Made by a program: the position numbers and the translations under genes | DNA from: Eremomyces bilateralis CBS 781.70 | Taxonomy: Eukaryota | Reading direction: 5' to 3' (one strand) | DNA: 64,000 nt | NCBI GenBank assembly: GCA_010015585.1 | Contig: ML975155.1 | Shown here: positions 24,846 through 38,207 of the stretch, piece by piece | Position numbering within the stretch: the stretch's first letter is position 1 | Layout: each line of letters starts with the position of its first letter | Notes under the pieces: generated by a model | The model's database searches: none | Seen by the model: only the letters and a program-made list of their open reading frames with translations | What the model was told of the DNA's origin: nothing

Positions 24846-26302
24846 GCGGAAGGTATGGAGGGATGCTGAATCCGCTGGACCTGTATATCGACCCGATGGG
24901 GGTTCGTGGTGAATGGGACCACTGGACTGGGGGATCGCTGTTTAAGTTTGCTGAGCATAGGTGCTACATCATCAAATGAATATCAAACAATCGTCGATCC
25001 CATGGGGGAGAAAGTGACTGCCAAGTACCGTACGTCCCTATCACACCTGCAGGTTGCCAGGGCCTCTTGATGGAGAACCAGGCTACTTGGTGTGGTACCT
25101 ACTGCTATTCCGTGCCTCGATTGGAAAGTTCAGCCTCCCTGCATGGCCCCACCACTTTTGCTGGCTTGCCCTTAATGAGACCTCAATGTTACCATACTAG
25201 GCTATAATGGCACCACCAAGTTTATGGTTAATGGTCCCTACATCCATACGGAATATTTAAATGGATGACCTAAAGATTAAGTGCTCTAGCGAGAGGAGAG
25301 AAATGTCTCCTATGCAGGGAAGTTCATCTTGCCCCAGATCATCGATGATCCCCTCCATCCATAGATGATCCATAGCACCGCATCGGAGAACTCGGCAGCG
25401 CCTGCACACACTTACGAATGTTCTAGATCCAAACGACAAAATGTCTCTCTTGTCTCGCCCTTTGCGTCAGGTTTGCTTCCACCATCACAACGATGAGCGG
25501 GGCACACTATTCCATTCTGGCAGGTCTTAGATCCTCACCCCCAAAGACTAGCCGAGATCGTTCTAGAGTAACCTCAACCCTGCAGCTATCCGGACTTATG
25601 ATCAGATCATAAGAACAAAGAAGCGGTTTAAGCGTCTTCCTGGGAGATAATGCGGATTCGGATGGTCGCATGAATGGTAGCGTTCCCTCCATGATGCCAG
25701 TGAGTACAAGAAGTATTCCCTGTCCAGGCGGTGTCCCAAGATGCAGGAGATCCTCAACGTCTGTCACCGGTTTTTCTGTATGACTCCACCGCTAATGCAT
25801 GGTTTCCTTTGGTTTCATTAATTTGGGTATTTTCGCAAAAGCGAAGCGAGTTCAATTGAGTTATATTTGATGATATCTATTTGTGAGGTCTGGCGAATTG
25901 GTCCCTTGTTGCCGGTGTTCGGGTGATCAGGTATCGTCGCGGTGACATCAGACCGTCCATCGCCGTTTCGCTTCTCGGCTTCTCCACTTGCAGAAAGTTG
26001 ATCCTCGCGCCCTAGAGCTAAGAGGAGCCCAACAGAAACCACCAATCTCTGCACAGTCTTTGCCAACAGACAGCTCCCCATAACTTGACCTACTTCCAAT
26101 CCTCTCTCCAAAGATCCGGTATTCCAGATCCTGTCCATACTTTCTCTTAAACAGAATTGCTATTAGCCCGAACGACATACCGGAAGGGTGTGGGAATCCC
26201 ACGCCATATCGTCGTTGGTTCGCACTGGAAGACCGCAAAAGGTCGGACACAATCAATGATTGAGACAGTGTGATAGCAAGGCGTGAGTTGTGGCTGGTGG
26301 CA

Positions 26303-29300
26303 ATGTTTGTCGGCTGTAAAGGATCGCTGTGGAGGGATGATGACTTCTCCAAGTGCTTCCAACGAAAGTGAGTTCTCCTCCATAAGGGCCTCCGAACCGC
26401 CGAGCATGAGGGGCAATGATCTAACATGAGCGCAACAGCTATTTGCAAATTTTCCTCCCTCTAATAGCAATCGGAGCGTCCATCGCATATCTTCTGATCC
26501 AACTGTTCGTCGCGTACAGCCGATCCCGCCGACCCCATGAATATAAACTCGCCGATCCAGTTGGCAACGGCCAGCACATATGGCCAGCCGACGCCCCCCG
26601 AGTCGGACGCAATGACTCCGCATATAACTCCGAGGACGCATCCAGCGACGAACTCAACCATTCGCCAACCCTCGACCTTCGACCCGTGAAGACCCATGAG
26701 TCCGTCGTGGAAGTCGATAAGCCGCTGGGCGAACTTTGGATCGTCGTTTTGGAAGAGGCAGCCGTGCTGGCTACGCTTGGGATACAGGCGGCAAGGCTGA
26801 TCCTTAAGGTGGATGGAAGATATGGGCAACATGCAGAGATTGCGGGCCTGGTCGTCTGGGCGTACATTGCGACGATCGCTTCGCTTCGACTCCTCTTCTC
26901 CGCTACCCATCGACTGTCGTTCCCGAAGTTGTGGTACCACACGGCATTCATCTATGGGTATCTCTGGGTAATTTCGGTGTTGCTATTCCGCTCCGCTCTC
27001 CTTCATCCGCGATCGGACCTGGCGCGAGGCTTGTCAATCGCAGAGTTTTCGTTGACCAGCCTCCTGTTCTTGATCTCCCTCACATCCCGCAAGGGAAATA
27101 AGGTGGTGGAATTGGAGTATGAAAATGGCATACAGCCTTCAAAAGAGCAGACTGCGAGCGTTCTCTCCCTCGCCACCTTTGGATGGGTTGACGCAATCGT
27201 GTGGAAAGGCTATCAAAAGACGTTCGAGATGTCCGATGTCTGGAATGTTTCTCCTCATGACAAGGCGGCCTATGTGATCGCAACCTACCGTCAGCTCAAG
27301 AAGACGCACGCGCTCGCATGGCATCTCCTCCGCTTCTTCCGGAGACAGCTGCTGATTCAAGCGGCCTGGGCCGGTCTATCAGGTTTCTTGACCTTCGCCC
27401 CGACGCTTCTGCTGAAAGTCATCTTGGAATACGTCGAACAACCATCGATGTTTCCTCGAAACGCAGCGTGGTTCTTCGTCATGCTTCTGTTCGTTTCCGG
27501 CTGCGCTTCAGCATTGGCAGACGGACAAACATTGTGGATCGGCCGAAAGATCTGTATTCGGATTCGTGCGGTCATCATCGGCGAGATTTACTCCAAGGCA
27601 TTGAAGCGAAGGGTCGGAAATTCTGGCGACAAAGTCTTAGGCCAAGAGAAAAAGCGAGCTGATGGAAAGGGGGGTGGCTCCACGATGAAGCGGCTAGTGC
27701 GAAGATTTACGATGAAGAAGAGCGAGGACAAGAAGCCCGCAGCAGTCGAGATCGATGAGGGGATTGTCTCTTCTGGAGCTGTCATAAATTTGATGGCGGT
27801 GGACTCGTTCAAGCTCAGTGAAATTTGTGCCTACTTGCACTTCCTGTGGGCCGCGACACCGGTTCAAGTCATAACTGCGGTCGTCCTGCTCTACCAAATC
27901 CTCGGTTACAGCTCCATCGCTGGTATTGGTCTGATGGCTGGACTTCTCCCGATCAACCTCTTGATCTCGAAGAAATTCTCGTCCATCCAGAAGCAGATTC
28001 TGGCTGCCACGGATTCGCGCATCAACTCCACCAACGAAGTCCTGAGCAATATCCGCATCATCAAATTCTTCGCTTGGGAACAACGCTTTATTGGGCAAGT
28101 GGACGAAACGCGATCCAAGGAGCTCGGTGCTCTTCGAAGAAAATACATGTGGTGGGCGACGGCTGCAACAGTGTGGTCTGGTTCACCGATTGTGATTACG
28201 TTCCTCTCGTTCTTCATATATACGATCATTGAGAAACGAGACCTGGTGCCATCCGTCGCGTTCACGGCCCTCTCCTTATTCCAGATCCTTCGCATCCCCC
28301 TCGACCAGCTCGCAGACATGGTTGCCCACGTTCAAGAATCGAAGGTCTCCGTCGACCGTATTGACGAGTTCCTAAATGAGGCGGAAACCGACAAGTACAA
28401 CCAGCTGCATGACGAAGATGAGGATGAGGACGACGAGCAACTGATCGGCTTCGAGAAAGGAACATTCTCCTGGGGATACAACCCCGCGAATGGGAAATTC
28501 TCTGATGACGATGACACTCCGAAGCAAGATGATGCCTTCCGGTTAATGGACCTGAATGTTTCTTTTTGTCCAGGCGAGTTAAACGTTGTCGTTGGACCAA
28601 CGGGATCTGGAAAGTCAAGCCTCCTCATGGCCCTTCTCGGCGAGATGACGTTACTGTCAGGGCGGGTTTTCCTTCCCGGTGGTCGAAGCAGAGAGGATCT
28701 TAGACCAGACCCAGAGACCGGGCTCACCGAATCGGTTGCATACTGCGCGCAACAAGCATGGCTAGTCAACGATACCATCCGGGAAAACATTCTTTTCGCG
28801 GACACATACGATGCCCAGCGTTACAAGGATGTCATCGTTGCCTGCAGCTTGCAACGTGACTTGGAGATTTTAGATCATGGGGATCAGACCCTTGTGGGCG
28901 AGAAAGGCGTTACCCTCTCCGGTGGCCAGAAACAGCGCATATCCTTAGCTCGAGCGCTCTACTCCCACGCACGACATGTCCTGCTTGACGACGTGCTCAG
29001 CGCCGTCGACTCCCACACCGCCAAATGGATCTTCGACCAAGCCATCCTTGGACCGCTGATGTACAACCGAACCTGCATCCTGGTCACTCATAACGTCGCC
29101 CTCTGCCTGCCGCACGCACACGAGGCCATTGTCATGGAAAACGGCCGCATCGTCACCCAAGGGACCTCTCGAGAAGTCATTAATTCCGGGAAACTATCCG
29201 AGGACCTCAGCAAGAGCGGGACCGTGTCGCCCGGACCGAGCCGCGTCGCCTCGAGGGTGCCGAGTGATGTCGGAGTGGACGAACCGAACGATATTAATGA

Positions 29301-31687
29301 CTTGGCCCGGGCAACCAGTCGAGATTCAGCAGCGACGGCCATTAATGACTCCGACGCCGACGGATCGCCGATGAAGCCGGCGAATGGGCCTCCCTCCGGC
29401 TTAGATGCTGCGACCGGCACCGAGCCGATCGAAATGCGACAGGGGCTCACCGAGACGAAAGCTGAAGGAGGCGTCAAGCTGGCGGTCATCGCCCTCTATT
29501 TCAAAGCCATGGGCCGGTGGTACTATTGGGTTGCTGCGGCTTTTGTATTCATCGCTCAACAGATCACCAGCGTGGCGACGAACGTATGGATTCGCGAATG
29601 GGCGAACGCTTACACGGTTCGACGGACAAGTGGAGCTAGCGCTCTCGATTTGGAGCAAGACTACTCTCCAGCCCCAAATACAATGGCCGGCGCAACTCAT
29701 TTCGGTACCTTGTCCGGACTTGGAAGCTGTTTGAGCAGCGGAACTTGTCCCTGGGGCATCCCAAGTTCCTGGAGCGGGAACACGAGTGACCACGGCAAAG
29801 CCAGAAGCCATTATGGAGCGAATATGCTCCCGTTCGCCTCAAACGACAATAAAGATGTCAATCCCGGCTACTATCTCACCATCTATGCGGTGCTTGGTCT
29901 CATTTACATGTTTGTCACATTGGCTCGGGAAGGCGTTCTCTTCGCGGGATCATTGACGGCATCGCGGAGGATTCATACGAGACTGATCCAGGCCGTTTCC
30001 CGAGCCAAGTTCCGATTCTTTGACTCGACGCCATTGGGACAGATCATGAATCGCTTCTCCAAAGACATCGAGGCCATCGACCAAGAGGTTGCTCCGACCG
30101 CCATCGGCGTCATCCATTGCCTGGCTTCGATTATCACGATTGTCATCCTGATTTCCGTGATCACCCCCGCCTTCTTGATCGCTGGGTTCTTCATTTCCAT
30201 CTTCTACTTCCTCATCGGGAAGTTCTATATCAACTCCTCTCGCGACCTAAAGCGGCTAGAGTCCATCCAACGGAGTCCGCTCTACCAGCAATTTGGTGAG
30301 ACCCTCTCGGGAATGACGACGATCCGCGCATATGGAGACGAGCGACGATTCATCCGAGAGAACCTCGCCAAGATCAACACCCACAATCGACCATTCATCT
30401 ACTTATGGGCCGCCAACCGCTGGCTGGCGTTCCGCGTCGACGTGGTAGGCGCCATGGTATCGTTCTTCACAGGCGCCTTCGTTCTCCTTTCCGTTGGCAA
30501 GATTGACGCTGGCGCGGCCGGTTTAGCGATGACGTACGCCGTGACCTTCACCGAAAACGTGCTGTGGTTTGTCCGTCTCTACGCGGCCAACGAGCAGAAC
30601 ATGAACTCGGTGGAGCGCATCAAAGAGTATCTCGACGTCGAGCAGGAGGCGGCCGCCATCATTCCGCACACGCGCCCCCCGAGCAACTGGCCGAGTCAGG
30701 GTTCGGTGGAGTTCATCGCGTACTCCACGCGGTATCGAGCAGACTTTGATTTCGTGCTGAAGAAGATCACGTTCAAGATTGCGCCGGGCGAGAAGGTCGG
30801 CGTTGTGGGTCGGACGGGCGCCGGGAAGAGTAGCTTGGCGCTCGCGCTTTTCCGGGCGTTGGAGGCGGAAGAGGGGAAGATTTTGGTGGACGATGTGGAC
30901 ATTGGGTTGATTGGCCTGCAGGATTTGAGGGAGAATATCGTGATGGTGCCACAAGGTATGAACAGCAATTGCTAGGAATTGACTTTGACTAACTAAACAT
31001 GCAGATCCAACATTGTTTACTGGTACCATTCGAAGTAATCTGGATCCTTTCGGCCTGTTTACCGATGAGGAGATCTACGCTTCTCTCCGTGGTGTGCAGC
31101 TTATCAGCGAGACTTTTTCGTCTACGGCAGCCACGAACTCGCCGGCGCGCCCTACCACACCCGCGGTCAAATTAAACGCGGCCGATACAACTGCCAGTTC
31201 ATCCGACGCCGAAATCGACATCCATCCATCCCAACCCAGTTCTGTCGACCCCCTCACCGCCGAAAACAAAAACATCTTCCGCAACCTCTCCTCCCCCGTC
31301 ACCGAATCGGGCTCCAACCTCTCCCAAGGCCAGCGCCAACTCCTCTGCCTCGCCCGCGCGATGCTGAAGACCCCGAAAGTCCTCCTTATGGACGAAGCGA
31401 CGGCCAGCATCGACTACGCGACGGACGCGAAGATCCAGGAGACGATCCGCGAGCTGCAGAACACGACTATCACGATCGCGCACCGGCTGCAGACGATTAT
31501 CGACTACGACAAGGTGCTGGTGCTAGACAAGGGCGCAGTCATCGAGTACGGGGACCCGTACGACCTCGTGACGACGGAGGGGGGCACGTTCCGCGGGATG
31601 TGCGAGACGACAGGCGATCTGGAGGGGTTGGTAAGAGACGCAAAGACGGCGTGGAAGGCGAGGCAGGCTGAGCATCAAAAGCCGTGA
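26303..31687 (+). CDS. YBT1: ABCC/MRP-type ABC transporter, Ybt1/Bpt1-like vacuolar transporter; exons 26303-26367, 26439-30955, 31005-31687
   Basis: TMD0-TMD1-NBD1-TMD2-NBD2 layout; GPTGSGKS, LSGGQKQR, GRTGAGKS, LSQGQRQ, DEATAS. Short first exon MFVGCKGSLWRDDDFSKCFQR splices in frame. Confidence 0.9.
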
Positions 31688-33198
31688 TTTGGATCGTGCG
31701 CATGCTGGGTGGGCTTTGAAATTGGTATCATATACTTGGCGTGTCACGTCTCAGTGTTATTAGAGGCGCTATAGAATCGTAGATTCGGGGGGTGTCTGGA
31801 TATATTTGGCGCTGTGAGAGGCGGCCAAATGGCTGTACATATTTCCTTGCCGGTGTTGTTTATACAGATCCATCCGTCCGTTAAAGGTCTCATACTATAA
31901 ATCTCCCCGACTGGGAACCCTAATTCATGTGAGCCTGACTAGATGTCGTCAATTGATCAATAGATCAGACACATTTGCTGCCTTAAGGCCAGCTACCTAA
32001 TTACAGCATGAGCCTCACCGCAGTGACCTGTCCAACTTGGACCGACGTCTATTATCCTATTGACTTCGCAATAAGCTTCCAATATCAACCTCGATTAATT
32101 GCGCCATCGCGGTCTGTTTCGTCTGACTTACCGGAGCGATCCTTTGTCATTTCCAACCCTCGCTGGTATCGATCGGCCTTTTCGGCTGCTATCATGAATG
32201 GATTCCGCAATGGTATCACCCCCCGCTTTCCCAACCCCGCGAAGGCGCAGATTTCCGGTCGTATTTTCCGATGACGAACTTCTGCAGTTCTATTCTACTG
32301 AGTCATTGTCCTGTCTAAAGACTTTCTATTAGGAGCGTGTTTCTTAAGAGATTTGCTTAATGCTGCCGCGGGGCCCCTACCCTGGTGACCAAGATGCATT
32401 ACCGTCCCATCGGTTGATCAAATGAACCTGTATATCTGAAGCAGAATCCCTCGGAACGCTGGCATCCTTACTATTGGCTTATATAGTAGGACGATGCGAA
32501 ACACATCTCTACCGTTTCCTACCAGTATGGCGAATGCACTTCCAGTCAATCTATCCCATTCACTGCCTTGTTCATTCGAGGTTATATCCCAAGCCATGGA
32601 ATCTATCACGTCCAAGCGTACCGGAATCTCTATCTGAGCAGATGAATTTAATGGCTCAAAGTACCATCGACCCTGCTATTCGGTTTACATTCCAGATCTA
32701 CCGACCAAGAATGTGTGGAGATGCAAGCATCTAGGATAACATTGGCTGGCAGGTTCAAGTACTCGAAGCGACCAGCTCCCTGGTTATCGACCCTGTCGAA
32801 CCTCTGTGTGCTACGCCACTACATCCATTAACACGCTCGGATTCTATAAGACTTCTGCAAGAGGAGTACTAGTCAAAGCGTCGACTTCGTTCTCGCTCCC
32901 GCTTCGCTTTCCAGAATATCAATCTATACTGGCGTGCTTTGCCGCTCCATTCCTATTCGTCGGTGATGGGCTTCGTACCCTGTCTACCATTTAGCATTTC
33001 CCTTTCGGGTGTCGATATGCTCGTTGCGTCGGCCCTCTGCAGCTTCTCCACAGCATGGTCACGATATCATGCCAGATTCTTGCGGGCACAGTAAGTTATA
33101 AGAACTGTGCTCGTGCCGTATCCATTGTTTCTTTTCTCCACAAGTCTTTGAATATTGCTCCTGCTCATTGTCTACGGTCATTCGTTTGTCTCATCATC

Positions 33199-34896
33199 AT
33201 GCATGCGAAGACGCTCTTCCTCCAGGCGGTCCTTACCAGTCTTGCCTTGGCCGAGTTCCCGTGGCCTCCGCGAAAATGGACAGTTGGACAAGAAGTCGAC
33301 ACAAGCAGTGGCTTGCTTACTGGACAGAAATCGGACTGGCAACCGGAAGTCTCGGAGTACCTAGGCATTCCTTTCGCCGAGCCACCGATTGGCGACCTGA
33401 GATGGGCAGCACCTCGTCGATATCGTAGCGATGATGCGCAGAATGCTACGCAATTCTCTCCTTCGTGCCCGGCCAATGTTGCGTCGCCGCCGGGATCCAA
33501 CCTAACTTATGGGTCGGTTCGAGAAACCATTGGTGGGGTCTTGGGTCAAGCAGGTGACACGTTCTCCGAGGACTGTCTCACTGTCAATGTGTGGACCAAG
33601 CCGCAGACGGGAGCTCGGAAGAAGCCTGTCTTGATCTGGATCTATGGCGGAGGCTTCAATACGGGCAACTCTCGAAGCCCTGCATACAATGGCGCAGCCT
33701 TGGCGAATAACTACGACGTCGTGGTCGTCACGATGAACTACCGGATTAATATCTTCGGATTCCCTGGCGCACCATTCCTTCCTGACATCAATCTCGGAAT
33801 CCTGGACCAGCGACTGGCGATCGAATGGGCGCGAGACAATATCGAGGAGTTTGGAGGCGATCCTGACCAGATGATCCTGTTCGGGCAATCCGCCGGCGGA
33901 GGTTCGACCGACATGCATGCTTACGCCTATCCATGGAATCCAATCGTTAAAGGATACATTCCCATGAGTGGTTCTGTCTCAGTTCGAAGCCCCAGCACGC
34001 AATCGCAGGGCTCCTCGTGGTACGCGACTAGCAAAGCCTTGGGTTGCGGTGGTGCCGAACCAGGAGAGGCAGATTCAACCCTGGAATGCATGCGCAAGAA
34101 GCCCTTCCAGGAGATCCTGAACGCTATCAAAGCATCCACGAACCCTCTAGAACCTGCCGGCTTCACATTCTTCCCCAGTGCTGACGGAAAGATTGTCTTC
34201 GATGACTACGCGAAGCGACAGGAGGAGGGTAAATTCGCCCGACTGGTAGGTCACGTCTCCTTTCCCCAATTGCTCGATTGAACTCCTTTGATGTAACCCA
34301 GCTTTGGCATCCAGTATCCGCACAAATTCTAACAGTCAATCTCATCTAGCCCGTCCTGGTCGGTGCCACGAACGATGAAGGCGGCCTCGCCGCCATCACC
34401 GGGCCCCGACCCGGGCCTGGCGGGAACTCTACCGGCGGACTTTCCGGACTCTCCATCCTTGGATGCGGTCCACATGCTGCTGCTCTTGCCCGACGTAATC
34501 ACGGCATCCCAACCTGGAGGTATCTCTATGCGGGCGAATGGCCCAACCAAGACATCGGGTCGGAGGGCGCCTGGCACGGTGCGGATATCGGCATCGTGTT
34601 CGGGAATACGGAGTATATCACGCGTCGGCCGGATACAGAGGAGCAGAAGAAGTTGATCAAGACGATGAGTACGGCGTGGACGACGTTTGCCAAGAATCCA
34701 GGATATGGGCTCACGGCGTTGGGTTATCCGCTGTATACTCCTGAGCGTAAGTCTCCCTTCAAGATATGTTGTTGTTCGCAATGCTGACGTGCTCTCCTTA
34801 GTTCCGACGGTTATTCGCTTCGGTGGGGAGAATTCGTCTGAAGTGGCCTTTGAAACACGTACTAAGTACGATGCTCCTTGCGAAGCGCTGGAGTAG
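33199..34896 (+). CDS. Secreted type-B carboxylesterase (alpha/beta hydrolase); two introns in the 3' half
   Basis: Signal peptide MHAKTLFLQAVLTSLALA; YLGIPFAEPP, SEDCL, WIYGGGF, nucleophile GQSAG, acid GATNDEG, His GAWHGAD. Confidence 0.92.
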
Positions 34897-37307
34897 TTTT
34901 CAGTTTTGACTCCTGGTGGGATAGGAGTAATTTAAAGTTGCTATGTATTGTATACATGAGTCTTTCCAAGGGAAGTTTTCCTCGAGGAGGTGCCGACCGT
35001 TATCTTCGGGGAATAAGATCCCGGATTCAAAATCATGGGCAAAGGGGCCATGCTAGTTACACTGATTCAATTAATGAGGCAAATCATCCGATGTGTACCT
35101 ATATCTGACCAATTTCACCATGTGAATCTCTGAACAGCGAAATTCACTTAGGATGAATGCTGCCGGGGCCTCCAAACATTCAGCGATCTACCGTGCTACC
35201 CACTACAATAGAATGCTTCGAAAGCTATCCTTCCCCGCTCTACGCTAAAGTTGAAAATAATGAGGACACCAACCAATCATAAAATTGGGATGTCCTGCCA
35301 GTAAGCTCCCCGCATTTCCTTCGTGGGAACCAGGGTGCCAGGCATCATGTCCGCGCTCTAAGCTTTCTGAGACCATTGACATACAACGCTGCGAGAACAA
35401 CATGCGCGGACCAAGCAAATAATCCTCCAGTGTCAGACCGTACCCGCCTTATGGCTTATAGGGAGATTCTATAGTGTCCAGAAGCGAGAAGTTAGGTTGG
35501 AAAGCCGGAAAATTTGTACATGATGCGTCGGAACGAGCATAGGGATTGCAGGACGACGACGACAATGCAAACCTGCTGTATCCTGTTCTAGTTTCCCTTG
35601 AGAAAGAGAAGTTAGCTTAAAATGATAGCTATGGGCAAACTGAGACTATTGAAAACGGAGCTTTTAATGGTGAGGTATCTTCAAAAGCAATGACGATCTT
35701 TGGTTCGCGATATCAATTCGATTGAGCACTTAGTGTATTTCCACCGTCATTTCAATGTGTAGAAGGTGAACATCGTTCATTAAATTCTCCTTGTCATTTA
35801 GATGGTGATATAGGCTAGAGGTATACTTATATTGGGACACATCATACCCTTCGTTCGCCTTCGTTCCGAAATGTCTTCTCTGGCGATCCTCTCCGGGGCC
35901 CCTGGAGTCGACGTCCACCTGAAATAAGTCGATACCGGCCTCATGGCAGATCCCTAATGCGAGCCCGTGGCCGGTCTGGAGCCTCCGCTTTCATGGTCCC
36001 TGGTCTCCCCGATATCTAGGTGGCAACTTACATCTCCGATGGCTTCGGCACTGTTATCACTGACTATGAGACATCCTGCGTCACCATTGACTCCGATGGC
36101 CTCGTCTTCAACGATGACGGAAGAGACTGAATCTCTGATTAATACTGAAACAGGATGTATCTATTCACGGGGAAAATCCAGATGATCTCCGGCATCAGTC
36201 CCCTGACACATTCGATCTGGACGGGGATGTTGAATTCGATGATTTTACCGGAAAGACTGCGAGTTTGTGGACTTCAACAATGGTACACGACAGGGTAATT
36301 GCAGCAGGAATGGATATATCTGAACAATGGAGGCCTGCAGGTATGGAGGTGTTTGAGATGCGGAGGCTCTTGCAATCAACCCCTGAATGGGCACAAGGAT
36401 GAAAGAAGTTGCAGAGGACTCATAACGACAGGTCCTTACTGTTTCCCCAGAGTATTTAGTCCATCTCATGGCACAATGAGTCACCGTTCTCCTTTTAGTG
36501 CTCGACTCGATGATGTCTAAGACCAATGCCGACATTCTTTCGGTGCAATAGATCCTGTGAATGTCGGGCAGTCCCGGTCTGCCTTTGACCCCCAGAACGA
36601 GGTCACGCTCTTCAAGATAGGTCTCCAGGGCCGCTCCAAAGCGTTCGTTGGAGAGATAGTTGCTCCATTTGCTTGGCCACAGGTGGTATGAGTCGGTGAA
36701 TCTATTCAGGAGACGTTGGACATAGTTGGTACCCATTGGCTGGGGCGCTCTCGCACGCTAGTCTAGATTAGGCAATATTGAGGCTTTTATGGGACTTTGT
36801 AAAGCAGGAATCGGTGGTCGATGTGACGCTAGTTAGTTCATCAATCCTTATTAGTAACGGATACATCTCCCACCTCCTCTCTCCCTCATCATCATTCAAA
36901 ATCCTTAGAACGCCCAACGAAATATATTATCCAGCATGCCGAGTGCCAGATCTATCAAGTGTGCTTTCATTGTTCCATCTAGGCTTATGAGGGCACCGAA
37001 TTTCATTCCGTTGCTTCTTTTTGTGCGATAGACATTTTGTCATCAGGCGGAGAGCTCACCAAGTCAGTTGAAGCGGATGTGTTCGAGTGCAAAGATGTCG
37101 CCGTCACGAGAATATATGAACTTGGTCGTGATACGAATCGCGGAATATACCTTGTCGAAGAGGACTAGAGCCGTAAATATATTAAATATACCCGCATGGG
37201 ATAATTGAAGAAGTTCGAATTACTAGCTTCATGCTGTTCACTCAGTGGCTCGCATCATATTGGCTGAGAGCCCAGGGGCTGAACCCCTCGACGTCAATGC
37301 TCCACAT

Positions 37308-37850
37308 GTGGGATCATCCGACGCACGCGATTTGAACATCGCGATATCTCCGCTGCACTTCTACTACTCTGGCAACTTGAACATACTTTCCTACCATACG
37401 TCCCCAGTCTAGAAATTCCCTTCAAATCTTCCCTTCAAATCTGCCTGCAGAATCCTTGCCGTTGATTCACCTTTTTCCAGAGACAGTACATTGTGGGATC
37501 ATCCGACACACGCGATTCAAAGATCGTGATATCTCCGCTGCGCTTCCACAACTCTGCCAGCTTGAATATACCATCCTACTCTACCCTCCTCGTACTATAC
37601 ATCCCTAGACCAGGATTCTCTTCAAACCGTTCCTCAGAAATCTCACCATTAATCCCCCTTCCTCCAGAGGCATCACAGCGTGGGATCATCCGACGTAGGC
37701 GATATAGACCATCGCGATATCTCCGCTGCGCCTCCACGACTCTGGCAACTGGAACATACGGTTCTACTATACATCCCCAGACCATAATTCCTGTCAAATC
37801 AATCCTCAGAATCTGGTCCATCAATTTCTCACCCTCCATAAATTCACGGC
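37308..37850. repeat. Three diverged tandem copies of a ~186 bp unit upstream of HSF1
   Basis: gtgggatcatccgac at 37308, 37493 and 37680, each followed by atcg.gatatctccgctgc..ct.c.ac.actctg.ca.ct.gaa.atac. Confidence 0.9.
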
Positions 37851-38207
37851 CCCGCTCCAGGCTACGACGAGCTCGTGAATCGAGTTGCGCCCTCGCCTGG
37901 ACCCGCTTTTCGCGATCACGAAGCTGCTCGTTCATGTGTCGGCACGACGACTAAGCAAGAGGATTACACTCATTGCAGGTCTCTGCGTCCCACAAACTGA
38001 TCGGAGGCTGAAAGAATATTCCGGAGCGATTGCCTACACCTTTCAACTTCTGCGCTGCCTTCTCCACTTTGGACTGACACGCTTCCGTTGCTTTAGAACT
38101 TCCACCGTCATCTCCACCTCACTTTCCCTGCCGATAACCTATAGATCCGATGCCTGACGGTCTCTGAGCGAATAGTCACTACATCCACGCTCCACCTCGC
38201 CGTCGAA

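Noticed and set aside
12278..34896. Secondary-metabolite cluster (P450, acyl-CoA dehydrogenase, ABC transporter, esterase)
   Set aside because: No PKS, NRPS, terpene synthase or pathway regulator; the genes are separated by housekeeping genes.
37308..37850. CRISPR-like repeat/spacer pattern
   Set aside because: Eukaryotic context, no cas genes, and the sequences between the conserved cores are homologous to each other.
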